Assembly: GCA_963749075.1 (NCBI GenBank)
Contig: CAVVLJ010000020.1
Location: 384,001-448,000 of the forward strand
Reading direction: 5' to 3'
DNA length: 64,000 nt
Source of the DNA: an uncultured Pseudomonadota bacterium
Lineage (GTDB): Bacteria; Pseudomonadota; Alphaproteobacteria; JACZXZ01
The notes beneath the pieces are model-generated. The model saw only the letters and a list, made by a program, of their open reading frames with translations. It ran no database searches and had not been told where the DNA came from. Below, piece by piece: positions 39,763 to 52,022 of the stretch. How positions within the stretch are numbered: the first letter of the stretch is position 1; every line of letters begins with the position of its first letter. Both the position numbers and the translations under genes were made by a program.

Positions 39763-39790
39763 ATATGATGTTTTTCTAATAACATCATAC
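39763..39790. promoter_or_regulatory. NikR operator
   Basis: ATATGA-N16-TCATAC versus E. coli GTATGA-N16-TCATAC; dyad extends to TATGATGTT/AACATCATA. Confidence 0.85.
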
Positions 39791-39811
39791 TCACTGATCT
39801 GCGAGGGCGCC

Positions 39812-40945
39812 ATGACGGACCAGCCAACAAGTGGATTTCTAGTCTCCGGCGGTTCCCGTGTCACGCGCCGGGCCATTCTGCGTGCAGCCGGGGCGGCGAT
39901 GGTGGCGGCACCCGCACTGTTGAGGGCCCGCCCGGCCGTGGCCGGCACGATGCTGAACATCACGGCCTACGACGGCTTCATCCCGCCCGCCTTCAAGCGG
40001 CAGTTCGAGGCCGAAACCGGGATCGAGGTCCGCGTGCGCCTTGCTTCCAGCCAGGCGCCTGAGCTGAACCTGCTCGTCGCCGAGCGCCCGCATCCCCTGA
40101 GCGATATCTGCACGGTCACGGGCAACCGCATCCATCAGTTCGTCGAGGGGCAGGTGATCGAGCCGCTGGATGCGACGCGCCTCAGGAACTGGAAGCGGAT
40201 CAACCCGCTCTACACGGAGTCCGACTGGATCGCGGTCGACGGCGCCGTCATGGCCGTGCCGCTCTTCGTCGGCGCCGACGTGCTGGTCTACAACGCCGGA
40301 AAGGCCGTGCCGGCGCCCGACAGCTGGGGCGCCATGTTCGACCGGCGGTATCGGCGGCGGACGGCCTATGTGATCGAGGATTTCCTGCAATGCACCATGC
40401 TCTATCAGGGCGCCGACGGCAGCTTTGCCGCCTATGTCGACAAGCCCGACGAGGCACGCCGCGCCGTGAACGCCGCGCGCGACTTCCTCATCAGGAACAA
40501 AAGCCAGGTTCTCAAGTTCTACGAGGACGGCAGCGTGCTGCAGCAGCTCCTGATCGGCGAAGACGTGGTCCTGGCCCAAGCCTATGCCGGCACCTTGGCC
40601 AAGCTGATCTTGGCCGGCCAGCCGATCCGTCTCGTTATCCCGCGCGAGGGCAGCCTGGCCTTCGTCTACAACTTCGCCGTGGTGAAGAATGCGGCAAATC
40701 GCGACAACGCTTACCGTTTTCTCGATGCTTTGCTCGCCTATCCGGACGTCGGCGCGGCACTGACGCGCTCGGCCGGCTACACCTCGACGTTCACCGGCGC
40801 GGAAGCGTCGCTCAGCGAGCTTGAGCGCCGGGCCTTCCTGTTGACGCCGGACCAGCTGAAGCGCTTGCGCTTCCTGAGCTACAAGGCTCAGGCGCTGAGC
40901 TCGAGCTTGATCGATCGCGCGGTCGAGGAGGTGCAGGCGGGATGA
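39812..40945 (+). CDS. PotD/PotF-family ABC substrate-binding protein with Tat-like signal
   Basis: TRRAIL signal; FEAETGIEV, PDSWGAMFD, IPREGS, NRDNAYRFLD. Confidence 0.85.
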   Translation: MTDQPTSGFLVSGGSRVTRRAILRAAGAAMVAAPALLRARPAVAGTMLNITAYDGFIPPAFKRQFEAETGIEVRVRLASSQAPELNLLVAERPHPLSDICTVTGNRIHQFVEGQVIEPLDATRLRNWKRINPLYTESDWIAVDGAVMAVPLFVGADVLVYNAGKAVPAPDSWGAMFDRRYRRRTAYVIEDFLQCTMLYQGADGSFAAYVDKPDEARRAVNAARDFLIRNKSQVLKFYEDGSVLQQLLIGEDVVLAQAYAGTLAKLILAGQPIRLVIPREGSLAFVYNFAVVKNAANRDNAYRFLDALLAYPDVGAALTRSAGYTSTFTGAEASLSELERRAFLLTPDQLKRLRFLSYKAQALSSSLIDRAVEEVQAG

Positions 40946-41835
40946 TCGCGGGGGCCCCGCCGGCGGGCGGAGGACGCTCGATGAGGCCCGGCCGCCTTCT
41001 GCTGCTGCTCGGTCCTCTGCTGTGGATCGCCGGGCTGAACGTGGCACCGCTCATCGAGATGGCGCGGATCAGCCTGCTCGACAGCTATCCCGCACCGCCC
41101 GGCCACGTCGCGCGCTACAGCCTCGACAACTACCTCGCCTTCGTCGCGAGCCCGATCTACCGCGCGGCCTTCCTGCGCAGCATCGTCTTCGCCGGCGCCA
41201 CCACCGTCCTGGCGCTGCTCGTCGCCTATCCGCTGGCCTACGTGATTGCGCTCAGGGTCCCCCGGCGGCGGCGCCTGCGCCGTCTACTCCTGCTCATAGC
41301 ACCCTTCTGGACGAGCGAGATCGTGCGCATTTTCGCCGTCATGCTGCTGCTGGCCAATCGCGGGGCGGTCAATGGCGCCTTGCGCTGGGCGGGCGTCACC
41401 GACGACCCGCTGCCGCTGCTCTACAATCAATATTCGGTCGCCTTCGGCATGCTCTATGTCGTACTGCTGGCGATGCTGCTGCCGCTCTATGCGGTAATTG
41501 AGAGGCTGCGGCGGGACCTCCTCGATGCCGCCGCCGGCCTGGGCGCCAGGCCCTGGAGCCGCTTCATCCGCGTCACGCTGCCGCTCAGCCGCGACGGCAT
41601 CGCGTCGGGCTCGGCACTCGTGTTCCTCATCAGCCTGGGAAGCTTCGCGGTGCCGATGCTCCTCGGAGGCGCCGACACCACGCTCTTCTCCATGACCATC
41701 GGCAGCATGTTCGCCAGCAGCGCCGGCCGCTGGCCGCTCGGTGCGGCGTTCGGTCTCATCCTGCTGGTGGGCGGGCTCGGCATTGCCGGAGCCGTCATGC
41801 ATTTGATGGCACGGCCCAAAATGGCGCCGGCGTGA
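40942..41835 (+). CDS. ABC permease (PotB-like)
   Basis: AYPLAY, PFWTSEIVR, DAAAGLGA EAA loop; start may be 40981. Confidence 0.88.
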   Translation: MIAGAPPAGGGRSMRPGRLLLLLGPLLWIAGLNVAPLIEMARISLLDSYPAPPGHVARYSLDNYLAFVASPIYRAAFLRSIVFAGATTVLALLVAYPLAYVIALRVPRRRRLRRLLLLIAPFWTSEIVRIFAVMLLLANRGAVNGALRWAGVTDDPLPLLYNQYSVAFGMLYVVLLAMLLPLYAVIERLRRDLLDAAAGLGARPWSRFIRVTLPLSRDGIASGSALVFLISLGSFAVPMLLGGADTTLFSMTIGSMFASSAGRWPLGAAFGLILLVGGLGIAGAVMHLMARPKMAPA

Positions 41836-42623
41836 CCGCTGCACCGCCCCGGCATCGACTGCTGCGCGCGCTCTACTGGGGAGCGGTCGTGTGCCTATTT
41901 CTGCCGCTCGGGCTGATGGCGCTGATGAGCGTCAAGGATGCGCCGATCGTGGGATTCCCCGTCGACAGCGTGACACAGCGCTGGTACGCCGCGGTGTTGG
42001 CCGACCGCGAGGTCGTGCAGGCTTTCGTCTACTCCTCGGCGGTCGCCGCCGCTTCGGCGTCGCTCGCCCTTCTGGCGGGCATGTGGACGTCGCTGGCGAT
42101 CGCCAGCCTCGCGAGCCCGGTGCTGCGCGCCCTGCTGTTCTCTGCCGCCTGCCTGCCGGCCGTCACGCCCGGCATCATCTCGGCAATCTCCCTTCGCATG
42201 TTCATAGCGCTTGTGGGCCTGGATCCCGGCTTCGCGGCGATCGTGCTCGGCCATGCCGCCCATGCGGTCCCATACGTCGTCGTCATCGCCGGCCTTCGCC
42301 TGCGCGCCATGCCGCAGCGCCTGACCGACGCGGCGCGCAATCTCGGGGCGACCGAAGCGCGCACGTTTCTGCACATAACGCTTCCCTGGTTGCGCCCCGC
42401 GATCGGCGCCGCGGCGGTGCTGGCGCTGCTCGAGAGCTTCGACGACTTTCTGCGCTCCTTCTTCCTCGGCGGCTACCGCCCGACGTTGCCGGTCCTGATT
42501 TACGGCCGGCTCTTTTCCGGGCTCTCGCCGGAGATCGGCGCCATCACGACGTTGGTGCTGGCATTGACCGTCGCCGTTGGGCTTTGCGCCGAACGGCTGC
42601 TCCGGCCGATGCGGCAGGATTGA
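41832..42623 (+). CDS. ABC permease (PotC-like)
   Basis: RWY, DAARNLGA, ITLP, SFDDF, TLPV. Confidence 0.88.
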   Translation: MTAAPPRHRLLRALYWGAVVCLFLPLGLMALMSVKDAPIVGFPVDSVTQRWYAAVLADREVVQAFVYSSAVAAASASLALLAGMWTSLAIASLASPVLRALLFSAACLPAVTPGIISAISLRMFIALVGLDPGFAAIVLGHAAHAVPYVVVIAGLRLRAMPQRLTDAARNLGATEARTFLHITLPWLRPAIGAAAVLALLESFDDFLRSFFLGGYRPTLPVLIYGRLFSGLSPEIGAITTLVLALTVAVGLCAERLLRPMRQD

Positions 42624-42689
42624 GCGGCCGGCGTTAGAAAGCGGCGTTAGAAAGCGATTGACCGGCCGCGCGGGCGCCGCCCATACTGA

Positions 42690-42862
42690 GCGTGATGGTT
42701 CCCCGTCTTGGGGATTAAAAGGGAACTGCGGTGCGGGCCTTTGCCCTATGCCGCGGCTGCCCCCGCAACTGTAAGCGGCGAGCCGAGCGTCATCGAAGCC
42801 ACTGGGAAACCGGGAAGGCGACGCAAGGCGAGGACCCGCGAGCCAGGAGACCTGCCATCGGC
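42690..42862 (+). promoter_or_regulatory. Cobalamin riboswitch
   Basis: AAAAGGGAA..CGGTG, GCCCCCGCAACTGTAA, GCCACTGG..GGGAAGG and B12 box AGCCAGGAGACCTGCC. Confidence 0.95.
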
Positions 42863-42985
42863 CGTGGTCACGCGCGAACACATTGGGCGGGGTGCACCGA
42901 TGGAGATCCGGAACTGTCTCTCGCCTGAGCGGGCGGCCGGACTTTGGTTCGTGGTGACGTGCTGCGTCGCCACGAGGTCCCTGCC

Positions 42986-44943
<1,958 letters not shown>

Positions 44944-44947
<4 letters not shown>

Positions 44948-45552
44948 TGCAGCCGGCTGCTGCAATTCCGGGCGCTGCGCCAGCGACGCCTCAGCGCGTC
45001 ACCGAACCCGACGGCGCCACTCTCGAGGTCTTTCTCCTGCCCTGCGACGAGGCGAGCCTCGTCGAGCTCTTGAGCGACCTCTTCGCGAACCACTGGCAGG
45101 AGATCACCTTCGGGCCGCTCATCCAGGGTGCCGCCTGGGAGATGCGGGCACCCTTCGCACCCACCCACGTCGGCATGCTCGACGGCTATCTGACCGTCGC
45201 CTTCGGCGCCTCGCACTTCCATCTCTGCATCGGCGCGCACAAGGGGACGCACCACAGCCCCACGCCCGAGGCACTGGCGCGCCATCGCCGTACGGCGCGC
45301 GCCGAGCTCTACCGGCGCCTCGACCGCGCGGGCGCGCCGATCTCATGGGCCCTGCGGCTCTTCAACGGCCACGGCGAGCAGCAGCTGACCATCCTTCTGC
45401 CCAATCCCTTCCTCTCGCCCGACGGGGACAAGGTCGCGAAGGCGCCCGACTGGTCGCGTCTGGCGCTTTGGGACCGCTTGCGCGCGCGCTGGCTCGGCCT
45501 CGGCGAGCCCGATCCACTCGACCGCTCCGGCCGCCGCTTCAGCCACGGCTGA
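44944..45552 (+). CDS. Hypothetical protein, possibly HemS/ChuX-like fold
   Basis: ATGA-coupled to btuB; HFHLCIG and LRLFNGHGEQQLTILL segments. Confidence 0.7.
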
Positions 45553-45583
45553 GACCCCTCAACCTCGACAAGGAGATTTAGAA

Positions 45584-46156
45584 ATGCCGCAGCAAGACCC
45601 AGCGATCCTCGCCCCGTGGCGCCATTGGCTCTGGCTCGCCCTCCTGGTGGCGGCAAGCGTTGGCTTCAGCCTCGGCTTCGCCTGCGCGACACCCTTCGCC
45701 GCCTTCGCCGCGGCGGCCGCCCTCACGCTTAAGCGGCGCGATGCCCTTCTCCTCGCGGCCGCGGTCTGGCTCGCCAACCAGGTCGTCGGATTCGGCTTCC
45801 TCGCTTACCCCTGGACGGCGGAGACCCTCGCTTGGGGTGTCGCGCTCGGCGCCGCGACGGTGCTCGCCGCGATGGCCGCCCGGGCTACGGCGCTCGGCCT
45901 GAGCCAGCTCGGCCGGCTCGAGGCGGCGCTCGCCGCCTTCCTCGCGGCCTTCGCGGTCTACGAGGGGACGCTCCTCGCCGTAGCCTTGGCACTCCTCGGC
46001 GGCACGGACGCCTTCTCGCCGGAGATCGTCGGCCGCATCTTCGCCATCAATGGCGCCGCCTTCGCCGGTCTCCTGGTGCTCAACCGGCTCGCCCGCGTGG
46101 TCGGCCTCGCGGCCGGGCCCGATCTCCCGCTGCTCGCGACGGAACGGCACGCCTGA
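45584..46156 (+). CDS. Integral membrane protein, candidate cobalamin/cobalt transporter component
   Basis: AAGGAG SD; about 5-6 TM helices, ACATPFAA and WLANQ motifs; in the B12 operon. Confidence 0.7.
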   Translation: MPQQDPAILAPWRHWLWLALLVAASVGFSLGFACATPFAAFAAAAALTLKRRDALLLAAAVWLANQVVGFGFLAYPWTAETLAWGVALGAATVLAAMAARATALGLSQLGRLEAALAAFLAAFAVYEGTLLAVALALLGGTDAFSPEIVGRIFAINGAAFAGLLVLNRLARVVGLAAGPDLPLLATERHA

Positions 46157-46159
46157 GGG

Positions 46160-46897
46160 ATGAACGCAGCCTCGCGCCTCGTCTCGCTGGCACTGCACGC
46201 CGCGGTGCTGGGTGCCGTCCTCGCGTGGCATTCGCCCGGCGGCACGCCCGACGCGGAGGCCATCGTCATCCCGGTCACCCTGGTGATCGCGGCGAGCGCC
46301 GCCACCGCGGCAAGCGCCGAGGCCCCGCGCGAAGCGGCGCCACCACCCGCTGCCGCAGAGCCCTCGGCCGCAGCCGCGATCGCCGAGACCCCGCCGCAGC
46401 CCTCGCCGCTGCCCGAGCGGAAGCGCAAGCCGAGGCGCGCGGTCGCGGCGGCTGCGCCGACGGCAGCGCCCGACCCGGGCGAGGCGCAAGTCCCGGCACC
46501 ACAGGCCGGGGCGGACGAGCCGCCGCCGGCCGCACCGTCTGCGAGTGCCGCGCCAACGGCCGCAAGTGCTGTGGCGTCCGCCTCGCCGCCGGCAGCGCGC
46601 GCGGCCGGACCCGGCGCCGACTATCTCGCCGAGATCGTGGCCTGGCTCGCGCGCTACAAGCGCTATCCCGATGAGGCTCGGCGGCGCCACGACGAGGGCA
46701 CCGTGCTCATCGCCTTTGCCATCGCCCGCGACGGGCGCGTGCTGTCCTCGGCCGTGCGTGGCGGCTCGGGCAGTGCGGCACTCGACGCGGCGGCCAAGGA
46801 CATGATCCGCCGCGCCGACCCGCTCCCCGCACCGCCCGCCTCCTATCCCGGAGAGCACCTCGAGCTCGTCCTCCCGGTGACTTTCAGCCTCGAGTGA
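46160..46897 (+). CDS. tonB: Energy transducer TonB
   Basis: N-terminal TM with SLALH, Pro/Ala linker, YPDEARRRHDEGTV, SG..ALDAAA. Confidence 0.88.
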   Translation: MNAASRLVSLALHAAVLGAVLAWHSPGGTPDAEAIVIPVTLVIAASAATAASAEAPREAAPPPAAAEPSAAAAIAETPPQPSPLPERKRKPRRAVAAAAPTAAPDPGEAQVPAPQAGADEPPPAAPSASAAPTAASAVASASPPAARAAGPGADYLAEIVAWLARYKRYPDEARRRHDEGTVLIAFAIARDGRVLSSAVRGGSGSAALDAAAKDMIRRADPLPAPPASYPGEHLELVLPVTFSLE

Positions 46898-47120
46898 GGC
46901 ACCCGCGGTAGTGCCTCACTTTGAAATTCTGGTGCGATTTCAGTTACGTGGGCCGGCCCCTGAGGGAGGGTTTGACTCGCGCTTTCCTGAGGAATCTGAT
47001 ACAGAAAGGACGCGAGAAATGAGTAAGGATTCTACACGTTTCAATAGGCCCGCGAGCGGGAAAAATGCTGGCAGATGCGACCGGCGTAGCCGTGATAGCC
47101 GCTCTGGCAAGGTGGGCGCA

Positions 47121-47393
47121 ATGATAGCCAATCGGACGAAGCAGGAAGAAGTAGATCGAAATTTTGCTTTCTTCGAGAGCGAGCTGCCAAAACTTTTGCC
47201 TCAGCAGGCCGGAAAATTCGCACTTATACGCGACCTGCAAATTGTTGGCTTCTACGATACCATCCATGATGCCTATACCTCCGGTACAAAGATGTATTCG
47301 GATAATCTATTTTCAATACAGCAGGTGACCAAACAGGCTGTGGATTTGGGAGTCTTTTCTCATGCCATGCATTTGGGGACAGCACAGCGGTAA
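47121..47393 (+). CDS. Small DUF5678-like protein
   Basis: NFAFF..LPKLL..AGKFALIRD..IVGFYDT..DA pattern; AT-rich; overlaps protease gene. Confidence 0.6.
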   Translation: MIANRTKQEEVDRNFAFFESELPKLLPQQAGKFALIRDLQIVGFYDTIHDAYTSGTKMYSDNLFSIQQVTKQAVDLGVFSHAMHLGTAQR

Positions 47394-47847
47394 GCAACTT
47401 ATCTGTGCGGTATCTATCTTTCCGTCGACCGTTCTAACTCCTTCTGGAGGGGTGCCGCCGCATCTAGCGGGCGCAGCTACTTTCCCTACCTTGATTGACA
47501 CTGGGGCCGATTCCACGGGAATTAGCACGAAAGTTGCGACACAATTACAGTTACAGCCGCAAGGAAAATTTTCAGTCCACGGGGTGGGCGGTACTCGTCC
47601 TCATAATTTTTATTTTTTTGTTCTTGGTTTTCCGTTCGCAATACCTCCAGGTTCTCCTCTTCTTTCCGGCCTGCCGCCACCTGACCCAGGGCATGCTCAC
47701 GCCCAACTTCATGGTTTAGCGCAAGTGATCCGCGGCTGCGAATTTGACAGTACGGGTGCGGGGTTCGAGGTCATTTTGGGGATGGATATAATCTCGACGG
47801 GGGTCTTAGTGGTCCAGGGGCTCAATAGCTTTAGCTTTTCGTTTTGA
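47362..47847 (+). CDS. Retropepsin-like (clan AA) aspartic protease
   Basis: LIDTGA catalytic motif, HGVGG flap, ILGMDII. Confidence 0.8.
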   Translation: MPCIWGQHSGKQLICAVSIFPSTVLTPSGGVPPHLAGAATFPTLIDTGADSTGISTKVATQLQLQPQGKFSVHGVGGTRPHNFYFFVLGFPFAIPPGSPLLSGLPPPDPGHAHAQLHGLAQVIRGCEFDSTGAGFEVILGMDIISTGVLVVQGLNSFSFSF

Positions 47848-47970
47848 AAAGATGGGTGTCGTTAGCCTCCTAAGCGGCGGGAGCACACTTGCGCGCCCCC
47901 CGCTTCGTTGACGGCCGAGCGCGCCGCGTGCCAGAGTGGCGGCCCGTAACCGCAACGACGCCGGGCCGCC

Positions 47971-49185
47971 ATGGATTTTTCCTACTCGCCCAAGGTCGAG
48001 CGCCTCCTGAAGGAGCTCCGCGAGTTCATGGACCAGGTGGTCTATCCCAACGAGCGGCGCTTCTACGAGGAGCTCGAGGCGGCTGCCGAGCGCTGGACGA
48101 CGCCGCCCATCATGGAGGCGATGAAGACGGAGGCGCGCGCCGCGGGCCTGTGGAACCTCTTCCTCCCCGAGGCCGAATGGGGGGCGGGCTTGAGCAACCT
48201 CGAATACGCGCCGCTCGCCGAGGTCATGGGCCGCTCGCCCATCGCGTCGGAGGTCTTCAACTGCTCGGCCCCCGATACCGGCAACATGGAGGTGCTCGCC
48301 CGCTACGGCACGAGGCAGCAGCAGGAGCGCTGGCTCGTCCCGCTCTTGGAGGGCCGCATCCGCTCGGCCTTCGCCATGACCGAGCCGCACGTCGCCTCCT
48401 CGGACGCCACCAACATCTCCTCGCGCATCGAGCACGACGGTGGCGACTACGTGATCAACGGCCACAAATGGTGGTGCTCGGGTGCTGGCAACGCGGCTTG
48501 CGAGATCCTCATCTTCATGGGCAAGAGCGATCCCTCCGCCGCGCGCCACAAGCAGCAGTCCATGATCCTCGTGCCGCGCCGCACGCCGGGCGTCAACATC
48601 GTCCGCCCGCTACCGGTCTTCGGCTACGACCACGCGCCCCACGGCCACTGGGAGATCAGGTTCGAGAACGTGCGCGTGCCCGCCGCCAACATGCTGCTCG
48701 GCGAGGGGCGCGGCTTCGAGATCGCGCAAGGCCGCCTGGGCCCCGGCCGCATCCACCACTGCATGCGCGCGGTCGGCATGGCCGAGCGCGCACTCGAGGC
48801 CATGCGCGCGCGCGCCAAGAGCCGCGTCGCCTTCGGCCGGCCGATCGGCGAGCACGGTGCCGCCGCCGACATGATCGCGCGCTCGCGCATCGAGATCGAG
48901 CAGGCCCGCCTCCTCGTGCTCAAGGCCGCCTACATGATGGACACGGTCGGCAACAAGGCGGCGCGCAGCGAGATCGCCATGATCAAGGTGCTCGCCCCCA
49001 ACATGGCGCTCCAGGTCATCGACCGCGCCATCCAGCTCCACGGCGCTGCCGGCGTCTCCGAGGACTTCGGCCTGGCGCACGCCTGGGCGCAGGCGCGCAC
49101 GCTCCGCATCGTCGACGGGCCCGACGAGGTGCATGTGGCGCAGCTCGCCCGCCTCGAGCTCGCGAGGAACACCGCCCTCTCGTGA
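47971..49185 (+). CDS. Acyl-CoA dehydrogenase
   Basis: [46 protein letters not shown]. Confidence 0.93.
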   Translation: MDFSYSPKVERLLKELREFMDQVVYPNERRFYEELEAAAERWTTPPIMEAMKTEARAAGLWNLFLPEAEWGAGLSNLEYAPLAEVMGRSPIASEVFNCSAPDTGNMEVLARYGTRQQQERWLVPLLEGRIRSAFAMTEPHVASSDATNISSRIEHDGGDYVINGHKWWCSGAGNAACEILIFMGKSDPSAARHKQQSMILVPRRTPGVNIVRPLPVFGYDHAPHGHWEIRFENVRVPAANMLLGEGRGFEIAQGRLGPGRIHHCMRAVGMAERALEAMRARAKSRVAFGRPIGEHGAAADMIARSRIEIEQARLLVLKAAYMMDTVGNKAARSEIAMIKVLAPNMALQVIDRAIQLHGAAGVSEDFGLAHAWAQARTLRIVDGPDEVHVAQLARLELARNTALS

Positions 49186-49444
49186 GCGCCGGGCCGGAGC
49201 ACTTTCGCAGTGCAGCAGGCGGTTCCGCTCGCGTTGACGCGTTTGCGCCGCTGTGCGACAGTGCGGGAAGGGCTCGCAGAAGCTATCCGCAGCTGCGCAG
49301 GCGGCAACCATAAAGCGATAAAGTGCGGATGCAGGGAGACGCTCGCGTGAGGGACCGGCCGGTCGGATCTCGGTTGCGGCAACGCAGTTCCACGGCCTCT
49401 CCGGGCCCGTCCCGCGGCGTCGGCGGTGCTGCCGCGGAGGTGCG

Positions 49445-50266
49445 GTGAGCGCGCTGCCGCATGCGGCTCAGGCGGGCCTGCCCGACGCCGTTGCGCTGCC
49501 GCGGCCGCTTCTCGAGGTGAAGGGCCTCAGCCTCCGCTTCGGCGGCATCCTCGCCCTCGACCGGGTCTCCTTCTCCGTGGGCGAGGGCGAGATCGTCGGC
49601 CTCATCGGACCGAACGGGGCGGGCAAGACGACGCTCTTCAACATCCTCTCGCGCCTCTACCGGCCCGCCTTGGGCGAGGTGCGCTTCGATGGCGGCAATC
49701 TCCTGGCGCTGCCGCCGCACCGCATCGCCGCGGCCGGCATCGGGCGGACCTTCCAGAACCTCGCCCTTTTCGGCTCCATGAGCGTGCTCGACAACGTCAT
49801 GGTGGGCGGCCACGCCAGGGGAGAGAGCGGCTTTCTCGGCAACGCGCTCCGCCTCTCCGCGGTGCGCCGCGAGGAGGCCCGCCTCGGCGAGGCGGCGCGC
49901 CGCATGCTCGATCTCGTCGGGCTCGCGGCACTCGCCGAGCGTCCCGCAGCCAGCCTTCCCTTCGGCACGCAGAAGCGCGTCGAGATCGCCCGCGCGCTGG
50001 CGAGCCGGCCGCGGCTTCTCCTCCTCGACGAGCCGGCGAGCGGCCTCAACCACGAGGAGGTGGCCGAGCTCAGCGCCCTCCTCCTCCGCATCCGCACGGC
50101 CCTCGGACTCACCATGCTGCTCGTCGAGCATCACATGAGCTTCGTCATGGCTGTCAGCGACCGGGTGGTGGCGCTCGACATCGGCCGCGTCATCGCCGAG
50201 GGCACGCCTGCCGAGGTGCAGGCGGACAAGGCGGTGATCGAAGCCTATCTGGGGCAGGCGCCGTGA
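49445..50266 (+). CDS. Branched-chain ABC ATPase (LivG-like)
   Basis: GPNGAGKT, RTFQN, LLLDEP, VIEAYLG. Confidence 0.9.
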   Translation: MSALPHAAQAGLPDAVALPRPLLEVKGLSLRFGGILALDRVSFSVGEGEIVGLIGPNGAGKTTLFNILSRLYRPALGEVRFDGGNLLALPPHRIAAAGIGRTFQNLALFGSMSVLDNVMVGGHARGESGFLGNALRLSAVRREEARLGEAARRMLDLVGLAALAERPAASLPFGTQKRVEIARALASRPRLLLLDEPASGLNHEEVAELSALLLRIRTALGLTMLLVEHHMSFVMAVSDRVVALDIGRVIAEGTPAEVQADKAVIEAYLGQAP

Positions 50267-50979
50267 CGGCGCTCCTCCTCGAGGTCGCCCAGCTGCGCGC
50301 CGCCTATGGGCCGACCGAGGTGCTGCACGGCATCGACTTCGCGCTCCCCGAGGGCGGCATCACGGCCCTCCTCGGCGCCAATGGTGCCGGCAAGACGACG
50401 ACGCTCCGTGCCGTCTGCGGCATGGTGGCGCGGAAGGGCGAGATCCGCTTCATGGGCCAGCGCGTCGACGGCAAGGCGACCGAGGACATCGTGCGCCTGG
50501 GCGTCGCCCACGTGCCCGAGGGGCGCGGCACCTTCGTCGGCCTCTCGGTCGAGGAGAACCTGCGCATCGGCGCCTACGGCCGCCGCGTGCGCCAGGGCGT
50601 GGCGGCGGATATCGCGCGCATGTACCAGTATTTCCCGCAGCTTGCCGAGCGGCGCCGCCAGCAGGCCGGCACGCTCTCCGGCGGCGAGCAGCAGATGCTG
50701 GCGATCGCGCGGGCCCTCATGCTGCGCCCGCGCCTTCTCGTGCTCGACGAGCCGTCCTTCGGGCTGGCGCCGCTCATGGTGGCGAGCATCTTCCGCATCA
50801 TGGAGACGGTGCGGCGCGAGGAGAGCGTCAGCATCCTCCTCGTCGAGCAGAACGCCGGCTTAGCCCTCGAGCTCGCCGACCACGCCTATCTCCTCGAGAC
50901 CGGCCGCGTGGTGATGGCGGGCACTGCCGAGGCGTTCCGCCGGAACGAGCAGGTGCGGCGCTCCTACCTCGGGATCTAG
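50263..50979 (+). CDS. Branched-chain ABC ATPase (LivF-like)
   Basis: GANGAGKT, PEGR, LSGGEQQML, LVEQN. Confidence 0.9.
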   Translation: MTALLLEVAQLRAAYGPTEVLHGIDFALPEGGITALLGANGAGKTTTLRAVCGMVARKGEIRFMGQRVDGKATEDIVRLGVAHVPEGRGTFVGLSVEENLRIGAYGRRVRQGVAADIARMYQYFPQLAERRRQQAGTLSGGEQQMLAIARALMLRPRLLVLDEPSFGLAPLMVASIFRIMETVRREESVSILLVEQNAGLALELADHAYLLETGRVVMAGTAEAFRRNEQVRRSYLGI

Positions 50980-51010
50980 GGCTGCGCATGGAAACGTTGG
51001 TGCGAGAGAT

Positions 51011-51110
51011 ACCCCCCACCCCATCCCTCCCCCTCGAGGGGGGAGGGGGAATGCATGCCATGGCAACGGAGTACCCCTCCCCCCTTGTGGGGGAGGGTAG
51101 GGAGGGGGGT
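51011..51110. repeat. Intergenic palindromic REP/RIME-like element, family A
   Basis: Same double-hairpin layout as 797-899, sitting between livF and livH. Confidence 0.8.
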
Positions 51111-51149
51111 GGATCAAGCGTCAACGGTGCCCGGCACTAGGCGGCGCGC

Positions 51150-52020
51150 ATGGATCAGCTCCTCCAGCAAATCCTCTCCGGCCTCGCCACGGGCGCCATC
51201 TATGCGAGCCTGGCGCTGGCGCTCGTCATGATCTACCAGGCGACGGAATCGGTGAATTTCGCCCAGGGCGAGATGGCGATGTTCTCCACCTACATCGCCT
51301 GGACGCTGGTCGAGGCGGGGCTGCCCTTCTGGGCCGCCTTTGTGCTGACCGTGGCCATCTCCTTCCTCGGCGGCGTCCTCATCGAGCGCGTCATCATCCG
51401 ACCCGTCGAGAACGCACCCGTGCTCTCCCAGGTCATCGTCTTCATCGGGCTCCTCGTCATCTTCAACAGCACGGCGGGCTGGATCTTCACCTACACGATC
51501 AAGGAATTCCCGAGCCCCTTCGGCGATACGCCGCTCTTGGGCGACATGATCACCTCGAGCGAGCTCGGCGTGATCGGGGTGACGCTCGTCGTGCTGGCGC
51601 TGCTCTACGTCTTCTTCCGCTTCACCCCGCTCGGCTTCGCCATGCGCGCGGCGGCGCAGAACCCGGTCTCGGCGCGGCTCGTCGGCATCCGCGTGGGCTG
51701 GATGCTGGCGATCGGCTGGGGCCTCGCGGCGGCGGTCGGTGCCGTCGCCGGCATCATGGTGGCGCCGGTGCTCTTTCTCGACCCCAACATGATGAGCGGC
51801 GTGCTGCTCTATGCCTTTGCAGGAGCGCTCCTCGGCGGCATCACGAGCCCGGGCGGCGCCGTGGTGGGCGGCCTCCTCGTGGGCGTGCTGGAGAACCTCG
51901 TCGGCACCTACCTGATCGCGACCGAGCTCAAGCTGACGGTTGCCTTGACGCGTCATCATCATTATCCTCGTGGTCAAGCCGAGCGGCCTGTTCGGCGCCG
52001 CCATCGTGAAACGGGTCTAG
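51150..52020 (+). CDS. Branched-chain ABC permease (LivH-like), apparent frameshift near 51950
   Basis: VNFAQGE, MRAAAQN; natural C-terminus VIIIILVVKPSGLFG..KRV* is in the +1 frame. Confidence 0.85.
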
Positions 52021-52022
52021 CC

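Noticed and set aside
42629-42656. 13-bp duplication CGGCGTTAGAAAG x2 before the riboswitch
   Set aside because: Only two copies; could be a local duplication or assembly slip, no function supportable
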